Source: an uncultured Planctomycetaceae bacterium | Lineage (GTDB): Bacteria > Planctomycetota > Planctomycetia > Planctomycetales > Planctomycetaceae | DNA: 46,553 bases | Direction of reading: 5' to 3' | Assembly (NCBI GenBank): GCA_963976765.1 | Contig: CAXBME010000030.1 | Coordinates: forward strand, 62,001 to 108,553 | In this document: piece by piece, positions 33,376 to 39,796 of the stretch | Position numbering within the stretch: the stretch's first letter is position 1 | Layout: every line of letters starts with the position of its first letter | The notes under the pieces: model-generated | What the model saw: the letters and a program-made list of their open reading frames with translations, nothing else | What the model was told of the DNA's origin: nothing | Databases searched by the model: none | Program-made: the position numbers and the translations under genes

Positions 33376-33443
33376 TCAACTTCCGGGCAGTTGGTAAACG
33401 TGAACCACGCCCCGAACTACGGAAAAACGTTGTTACAAACACA

Positions 33444-33490
33444 AGAGAGCCCTCAGAGACAAAACTGTCTCTGAGGGCTTTCTCTATTTT
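33444..33490 (+). terminator. Intrinsic terminator of unit 3
   Basis: 14-bp stem AGCCCTCAGAGACA/TGTCTCTGAGGGCT followed by a T-rich tail. Confidence 0.8.
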
Positions 33491-34072
33491 CACCAACAAG
33501 AAACGGGCTCTGAAGATAGACAAAGTTTCTGTTGCCCCAGCTTTACATTTACCAGAAATCGTCACCGGCGAAACATGCTGCCGCCTGGCAGGCTCGGCAA
33601 CTTTCCTTCCCGGTTGGATGAGTCGCGACGCGTTTACGTCCTAACAACTGCATTGAGCAGTCAATCCATATTGAACGAAGTACTACCTCAAAGCCGGTCA
33701 AGGCCTGGCAACTGCCTGATCCTGCTCGCCCGTACTTCCCAAACATCAACGACTTTCGCAGCAACCTGTCAACCTGCCCTGTCAATGGTGATTCACGCGC
33801 TTCACACAGACAGCATTCCGTCGCTGCTCTGGTGCATCAATTCACCTCGCAAGTCACGTTTCGTTAAACCAACTTTACACCTTGTCTGTAAGCGACTGTA
33901 AAGGTCTGGTGACCTGCCGCCACACGAGGCGCCTCACGTTGACAGTCGACAACATCAATTTGACTGATTCCGGCAACGTCTAAAACCCGTTGCGACGCCG
34001 ACATTTAGGTCGCCTCAAATCCCGTTGATGCGTCGGTGCAACGTCTTTTGTTGCAGCCTCTCAACACTCGAA

Positions 34073-34088
34073 CGGCACGGTCGCTGCT
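34073..34088 (+). promoter_or_regulatory. Sigma-54 promoter P4
   Basis: CGGCACGGTCGCTGCT, with GG at 34074-5 and GC at 34086-7. Confidence 0.75.
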
Positions 34089-34101
34089 TTTGATGTGCGG
34101 C

Positions 34102-34262
34102 ATGAGCAACAACGCTCAACGCGACAAAGACAGGACGCTCTGATCTACGTCGAAATCTCACTTCAAACGATTCGCTGTCGAGCAACCACAACCCTATCAG
34201 GTTCGACAGTCTTCCATACGCACACAACAGATATTCTGAACTCCATCGAAGCCATCGCTGAT
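34102..34262 (+). pseudogene. Decayed prepilin relic A
   Basis: MSNNAQRDKD (cf. MLRNLLNDEN), then after a frameshift LIYVEISL (cf. LISAELVL) and TVFHTHTTDILNSIEAIA in gap-free register with TVRDSLVTELHDVSEALG. Confidence 0.45.
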
Positions 34263-34672
34263 TGGGTGAAGGTGAGAGAGCACCCATTCACCAAAAGTGA
34301 TGACTTCGGAGTCCCTGGGTCGCCGCACCGTGCGGCGACCCGCGAGTACATCAGTTGATCCACTCAGCCGTTCGATCTGCCACTCAGCGATCGTCTACGC
34401 CCGGCTGGATGAGTCAACGGATTTGCGAAGAACCTCTTTACGCAGAGTCCTCTTCGTAGCGACACGTTCCTGCAGGAAGAGTGCGATTCGTCAGCCAACG
34501 AATCGTCAGTTGGAATTCTGGTGGCTCCAGAACTCCAGCAGCGACCATCAAGTTCTCAATCCTTTATCAGAGAACGAGCTGGTCAAATCCGGAAACCGCT
34601 GGCTACGGAACCGGAAACAGATTTTCTCAGTTTCTCAATCTCACACACACTCTCACGTAAGGTTACACAACT

Positions 34673-35005
34673 ATGCTGCGCACACTCCTCAACGACGAAA
34701 ACGGCTTTGTCATCAGTGCAGAACTGATGCTTGTTATTACTCTCATGTTCTGTGCCGCTGCTGTCGGCTGGGCTGCTGTCCGTGACGCTCTGGTCAACGA
34801 GCTGAACGACGTTTCTCACGCTATCGGCGCTGTTTCACAGAGCTACTCGGTTACTGGCTTCAAGAAAGAAAAAGACACCGGCAAACCACACGGTCAATGC
34901 TCAGGTTTTGGCTTTAACGACGACGCTGACGAATGTGACTGCAAGATCATCGAGTACGTCGATGTCTGCGGAAAGAACGATCCGAGCACCGGAGCTGACG
35001 AATAA
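34673..35005 (+). CDS. Flp/type IV-like prepilin 7 (110 aa)
   Basis: MLRTLLNDENG-FVISAELML...DECDC...VCGKNDPS. Confidence 0.88.
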   Translation: MLRTLLNDENGFVISAELMLVITLMFCAAAVGWAAVRDALVNELNDVSHAIGAVSQSYSVTGFKKEKDTGKPHGQCSGFGFNDDADECDCKIIEYVDVCGKNDPSTGADE

Positions 35006-35142
35006 GTCACGCTTCCAGGTACTCATCTGAATGAAAGCCTGTTTCTTACAAGGGCTCTCAATCAGCCGGCGGTGTTCGACTACCTGTAACACCGCCCGTT
35101 TTCACTTTCACTCAAGCTTCACAAGTTAAGGTTAAACATACC

Positions 35143-35490
35143 ATGCGAAAACTTCTTAATGACGAGAATGGTTTCGTCGTATCAGCAGAGCTGATGCTCG
35201 TAATCACCCTGATGTTCTGTGCGGCAGCTGTCGGCTGGGGTGCAGTCAAAGATTCTCTGGCCAACGAACTCAATGACGTTTCACACGCCATCGGTTCTGT
35301 CAGCCAGAGCTACTCGATCACTGGACTCTCGAAAGCAAAGCTCGTCGGCACACACGCGACTTGCTCTGCATCCGGCTACAACGATCGCCAGGACGACTGC
35401 GACTGCAACATCATTCAGTATGTTGACATCGACGGTAAGAACGACCCAAGCACGATCATGAGCACTGAAGACGGCGTTGCGATTCCTTAA
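35143..35490 (+). CDS. Flp/type IV-like prepilin 8 (115 aa)
   Basis: MRKLLNDENG-FVVSAELML...DDCDC...GKNDPS. Confidence 0.88.
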   Translation: MRKLLNDENGFVVSAELMLVITLMFCAAAVGWGAVKDSLANELNDVSHAIGSVSQSYSITGLSKAKLVGTHATCSASGYNDRQDDCDCNIIQYVDIDGKNDPSTIMSTEDGVAIP

Positions 35491-35682
35491 TCAAACGGTT
35501 GATTCGCAACAACTCAAGACCCCGGCAGGCAATGTGCCTGCCGGACTTTCTGAAAAACAATTTCCTGTCTGAAAAACTCGCTCTCACGTACGAGCTTCAG
35601 ACAGCACGGCGGTCTTTGCAATCAGCGGACCCGCTCTCACAACACACATCAGTCACACCAATAAGCGAAAGCTCTTAATACC

Positions 35683-36012
35683 ATGCGTAAACTCTTCAAT
35701 GACGAAAACGGTTTTGTTGTCAGCGCCGAACTGATGCTTGTCATCACGCTCATGTTCTGTGCCGCCGCCGTCGGCTGGGCAGCTGTCCGCGACGCTCTGG
35801 TCAACGAACTGAACGACGTTTCTCACGCTATCGGCGCCGTCTCACAGAGCTACTCTGTTACCGGATTCAAGAAGGACAAAGACCTTGGCAAGCCACACGG
35901 CCAGTGCTCAGGCTTCGGCTTCAACGACGATGCTGATGAATGCGATTGCAAAATCATCGAGTACGTCGATGTCTGCGGAAAGAACGATCCAAGCACCGGA
36001 GATGACGAATAA
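35683..36012 (+). CDS. Flp/type IV-like prepilin 9 (109 aa)
   Basis: MRKLFNDENG-FVVSAELML; near-identical in protein to prepilin 7. Confidence 0.88.
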   Translation: MRKLFNDENGFVVSAELMLVITLMFCAAAVGWAAVRDALVNELNDVSHAIGAVSQSYSVTGFKKDKDLGKPHGQCSGFGFNDDADECDCKIIEYVDVCGKNDPSTGDDE

Positions 36013-36442
36013 GTCGCCTCACTGCTGAAAATCTGAAAGACGACCACTGACGATTTCACTCGGAGCGACGATCTCCGTCGCTCCGAGCCTTCTCTTCGAA
36101 ATAGAACACCTCTCCACTAAGACATCCCCCTCGCTCAACGCGTCTCCCCTCTCGAACAAATCATCGCACAGTATCACGCTGCGAAACAGATTCTCTCGTG
36201 CGTTCCTGCACAACACTCAATCCCAAACAGCCATCATCCACACTGCTTCTGACTCATTCATACCGGCCCATTTTGTGCCATCGTTCATCCCTTTGCCGCT
36301 TTACATCCCCTCTTCTCCTTCACACCGCATTCACTCAGTCAGAACCGTTTTCAAATCAGCAATCTGTCTGTGAATACCCTTTGAGTCATTTCTGACTCGT
36401 CCATCACACCTCTGTATCAGTTCCTTCAGAAAGGCACACACC

Positions 36443-36775
36443 ATGACGCGCACGTTCCTTAACGACGAAAACGGTTTCATCATCTCGGCAGAATTGATGC
36501 TGGTCATCACGCTGATGTTCTGTGCGGCAGCCGTCGGCTGGGCTGCAGTCCGAGACGCCCTGGTCAACGAACTCAATGACGTTTCGCACGCGATTGGAGC
36601 CGTCAGCCAGAGCTACTCGGTCACTGGCTTCAAGAAAGAGAAGTACACCGGCAAGCCACACGCTCAATGCTCAGGCTTTGGTTTCAATGACGACGCTGAT
36701 GAGTGCGACTGCAAAATCATTGAGTACGTCGATGTCTGCGGCAAGAACGACCCAAGCACCGGCGACGACGAATAA
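36443..36775 (+). CDS. Flp/type IV-like prepilin 10 (110 aa)
   Basis: MTRTFLNDENG-FIISAELML; near-identical in protein to prepilins 7, 9 and 11. Confidence 0.88.
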   Translation: MTRTFLNDENGFIISAELMLVITLMFCAAAVGWAAVRDALVNELNDVSHAIGAVSQSYSVTGFKKEKYTGKPHAQCSGFGFNDDADECDCKIIEYVDVCGKNDPSTGDDE

Positions 36776-36925
36776 GCAATCTTGCTCGACGTGCTGACAC
36801 TCTTCGACATCGCGTCGAGAACCGCTGACCGGGTGCGTTATCCGCAGACTCTTTGATCATCTGCCCACCCGCCTCTCACTTCATTTCTCAGCGTTCCTCA
36901 CACTCACATTTCTGGAGACACCACA

Positions 36926-37258
36926 ATGTTGCGTAACCTTCTTAATGACGAAAACGGCTTCATCATTTCTGCAGAACTGATGCTGGTCATCACGCTGATG
37001 TTCTGTGCGGCTGCTGTTGGCTGGGCTGCTGTTCGCGACGCCCTGGTCAACGAACTCAACGACGTTTCGCACGCCATCGGGGCAGTCAGCCAGAGCTACT
37101 CGGTCACTGGCTTCAAGAAAGAGAAGCACACCGGCAAGCCACACGCTCAGTGCTCAGGCTTCGGTTTTAATGACGACGCTGACGAATGCGACTGCAAGAT
37201 CATCGAGTACGTCGATGTCTGCGGTAAGAACGATCCAAGTACCGGCGACCGCGAATAG
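36926..37258 (+). CDS. Flp/type IV-like prepilin 11 (110 aa)
   Basis: MLRNLLNDENG-FIISAELML. GGAG RBS. Confidence 0.88.
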   Translation: MLRNLLNDENGFIISAELMLVITLMFCAAAVGWAAVRDALVNELNDVSHAIGAVSQSYSVTGFKKEKHTGKPHAQCSGFGFNDDADECDCKIIEYVDVCGKNDPSTGDRE

Positions 37259-37419
37259 TTCGTCACCACGTTCTAACTGACGGACGCTGATAGTCCGCAA
37301 CGAGAAGTTCGTCATCGGGTGGGCAGGTACTCGAAAGACCTGCCCACCTTCTTATCAGCCCTTCCAGCACACAGCCCACCTCTCTCCTTCCTTCCCTCTC
37401 GCATCTCGGGAACATCATC

Positions 37420-37773
37420 ATGATCAAACAACTCATCCACGATGAATACGGCTTCATCATTTCTGCCGAATTAATGCTTGTCATCACACTCATGTTCTGT
37501 GCCGCAGCCGTTGGCTGGGGGGCAGTCAAAGACTCGCTGGCCAATGAACTGAACGACGTTTCGCATGCCATCGGCGCGGTCTCACAAAGCTACTCAGTTA
37601 CCGGCTTCAAGAAGGAAAAGCGTTGGGGCAAGCCACACGCACAATGCTCAGGGTTCGGTTTCAACGACAGAGCTGACGAATGCGACTGCAACATTCTTGA
37701 GTATGTCGACAACTGTGGTAAGGACGACCCAAGCACACTGATGATGACTGAAAATGGAGACTGGACAGACTGA
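37420..37773 (+). CDS. Flp/type IV-like prepilin 12 (117 aa)
   Basis: MIKQLIHDEYG-FIISAELML...DECDC...NCGKDDPS. Confidence 0.88.
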   Translation: MIKQLIHDEYGFIISAELMLVITLMFCAAAVGWGAVKDSLANELNDVSHAIGAVSQSYSVTGFKKEKRWGKPHAQCSGFGFNDRADECDCNILEYVDNCGKDDPSTLMMTENGDWTD

Positions 37774-37847
37774 CAATCACGATCCACGACCTGTTGCGGG
37801 AGGCACCGCTTGCGACAGGTTCTGTCGGATTGTCAATTGACTCGTGG

Positions 37848-37893
37848 AAGGGACTTCGGAGTGGCAAACCTGCTGCTTCGGAGTCCTTTTCTT
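37848..37893 (+). terminator. Intrinsic terminator of unit 4
   Basis: GGACTTCGGAGTGGCA/TGCTGCTTCGGAGTCC stem with several G-U pairs, then TTTTCTT. Confidence 0.7.
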
Positions 37894-38111
37894 GCGCGCG
37901 GCCATTCTTCAATGCAAAGCCAGAAGCGCAAAGTTTGCTTCACAGCTTTACAGACACAGCGAACGATTGCCTTTACACATCCGTCGTTTTCACGTGTCGC
38001 CCCACGACGATCGTTCAGAAAACGAGAAAGACCGTAAACCTGTTAAACAGCAGGGAATTCAGCAGGTTCCGACTGTCCGAAACAGCCTATCAGAACGGCG
38101 GGAGACGAATC

Positions 38112-38127
38112 GGGCACGCCGACTGCA
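38112..38127 (+). promoter_or_regulatory. Sigma-54 promoter P5
   Basis: GGGCACGCCGACTGCA, with GG at 38113-4 and GC at 38125-6. Confidence 0.7.
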
Positions 38128-38305
38128 TTGTGGTCAGTCAGCCGGCAACAACGGCTGACGAGTGTTTTGGGTTTCGTTTGAAAATCATCCGAACGACTGG
38201 CTGCCTGAGACACGAATCGAAGTGCCGGCTGACCGTGATCCTCAAATGGAATCACGACTCTCTCACACGCAGACTCTCTCACACAATTCGCAATGGGACC
38301 CTTCG

Positions 38306-38490
38306 ATGTTGCGCAACCCGCACGTCGTGACAGAACGCTCATCCTTCACGGATCTGGTTCTGGACGAGCGGAGCGCCAGCAACATTGGGATACTCTCGAC
38401 CGCCCTCACTGCTTCTGAGGACGGCGTTGCTTCGAGTGTCGAGAAAGCCTTCGTGAACTTGCGGTTCAACGATCTCTCGACGTCGGTTTC
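38306..38490 (+). pseudogene. Decayed prepilin relic B
   Basis: Starts MLRN after the same CT/CA-rich tract as the intact pilins. TDLVL resembles AELVL; NIGILSTALTASEDGV resembles TIGVLAMVVGLTAVRDAV of prepilin 13. Confidence 0.5.
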
Positions 38491-38585
38491 GGCTGGCGAC
38501 TCTCTATTTCTCTCGAAGCTTTCACTTCAGTGGCATTTCATTGATGCCTTCAACCTCTCTCACCCTCGCACCAGGGAGACTGTCT

Positions 38586-38905
38586 ATGAAACATCCAACG
38601 GCTTCATAGCGACGAAGCCAGGGTTACTACCGCGGCCAGACAGGCCCCGGCAAGTCACCACCAGAGTTCTGACATCGATCGCTGGACTAACCAACGATCG
38701 ATACGAACTCGCTCAAGCGACCAATGAACTGTGCGGCAGACACAACCTGATTCGCACTGAATGAACCTTCCTGCCGACTCGATAACGGCGACATCGGACA
38801 GTCGCCAAACCCCTTCCATTCTGAGTTACGGACGACACGTCGAGTCTCACAATTACGAACCCCTTCCAGGATTCATTTACCACTCGCAGACGCCTTCGGG
38901 ATGCA
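38586..38905 (+). pseudogene. Decayed prepilin relic C (prepilin 13-like)
   Basis: GGGAG RBS and ATG, then frameshifted NGFI. TTRVLTSIAGLTNDRYELAQATNEL (38657-38731) aligns gap-free to TIGVLAMVVGLTAVRDAVTHEMNDI. HVESHNYEPLPGF resembles HYGSHGYIQGFGF in another frame. Confidence 0.6.
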
Positions 38906-39220
38906 CTCCGCATCCCGAAGGTCCCGCCTCGGCGGATCGGACAGGAGAGAAAGTCAGCAGACAATCGGAACTGCTTCGAACTCATCATCGAGTCTCGACA
39001 GTCACTCTCACCCGGCTGTTTGCTGCGAGCTGACCACTCGCAGACCAACTCATCGCAGGCCAGCGGAATCGAAGTCCCAATCCACATTGCCGAACAACTG
39101 AAAGAGCAGACCCGGACGTCTGCCGCCTTCTACACGAAGGCACATCCGCGATGGACGCGACAGCTCACTTACTGTTTTTGCGACTTCTCTCACACTCGCG
39201 TTTAACAAGGGAAACTCAAG

Positions 39221-39562
39221 ATGACTCACACATTCAATGCACTGCTCAACGACGAAGCCGGTTTCATCATCTCAGCTGAACTGGTCCTCGTCATGACAAT
39301 CGGCGTTCTTGCTATGGTCGTTGGCCTGACGGCTGTCCGAGACGCCGTCACCCACGAGATGAACGATATCTCGCACGCTTTCGGAACAGTTTCGCAAAGC
39401 TACAACGTCACCGGCCTGAAGAAAGGTCGCGGCCACTACGGAAGCCACGGCTACATTCAGGGCTTTGGGTTTAATGACAGCACTGACGAATGCGATTGCA
39501 AGGTCATCAAACTAGTTGACGTCTGCGGCAAAGACGACCCTAGCTGGGGCGACGACGAGTAA
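39221..39562 (+). CDS. Flp/type IV-like prepilin 13 (113 aa)
   Basis: MTHTFNALLNDEAG-FIISAELVL...DECDC...VCGKDDPS. AAGGGA RBS. Confidence 0.88.
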   Translation: MTHTFNALLNDEAGFIISAELVLVMTIGVLAMVVGLTAVRDAVTHEMNDISHAFGTVSQSYNVTGLKKGRGHYGSHGYIQGFGFNDSTDECDCKVIKLVDVCGKDDPSWGDDE

Positions 39563-39617
39563 CACGACCGCCTGATCGACGATCACAATCTGAGATCACT
39601 CGAACGGATAATTGACA

Positions 39618-39660
39618 AAGCCCGCGTTCAGCACTTGCCGAACGCGGGCTTATTTTGTTT
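39618..39660 (+). terminator. Intrinsic terminator of unit 5 (possibly also serving convergent fumC)
   Basis: 12-bp stem AAGCCCGCGTTC/GAACGCGGGCTT followed by ATTTTGTTT. Confidence 0.8.
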
Positions 39661-39704
39661 GAAGCTAAAAACAACAGGCTGTCGAGTAATCAAGAGCGAA
39701 CGGA

Positions 39705-39782
39705 GTGTGCCACTGACTTTGCCAGCGCGAGACGTTATCGGGCTCAGGAATAACGACAGCACTGGCTAAGCCAGCGACACAC
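39705..39782. repeat. Inverted REP doublet of a second family
   Basis: GTGTGCCACTGACTTTGCCAGCGC (39705-39728) and inverted GCACTGGCTAAGCCAGCGACACAC (39759-39782). Each is internally palindromic, and the spacer also pairs (CGTTAT/ATAACG). Confidence 0.7.
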
Positions 39783-39796
39783 CTTCAAGTCGCCGG

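Noticed and set aside
37848..37893. GGCAAACC as part of a c-di-GMP-I riboswitch
   Set aside because: The remaining aptamer elements are absent, and the sequence is fully explained as a terminator hairpin downstream of prepilin 12.
30031..39562. Array as a CRISPR locus or non-coding tandem repeat
   Set aside because: Repeated units are 330-350-nt ORFs with synonymous variation, RBSs and stop codons. There is no constant short repeat with unique spacers and no cas gene.
30031..39562. Silent pilS-like cassettes, shufflon or DGR targets
   Set aside because: Each copy has its own start codon and full N-terminus. No recombinase, invertible orientation, reverse transcriptase or adenine-specific variation is visible.
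30031..39562. RiPP or bacteriocin precursor array (conserved leader plus Cys-rich core)
   Set aside because: The N-terminus is a class III-type signal with a long membrane helix, not a double-Gly or Nif11 leader, and no modifying enzyme or peptidase transporter is nearby.
30031..39562. Enzyme annotation (I recall similar small planctomycete proteins being labelled aminotransferases; unverified)
   Set aside because: Proteins of about 110 aa with a TM helix cannot hold a PLP-dependent aminotransferase fold.
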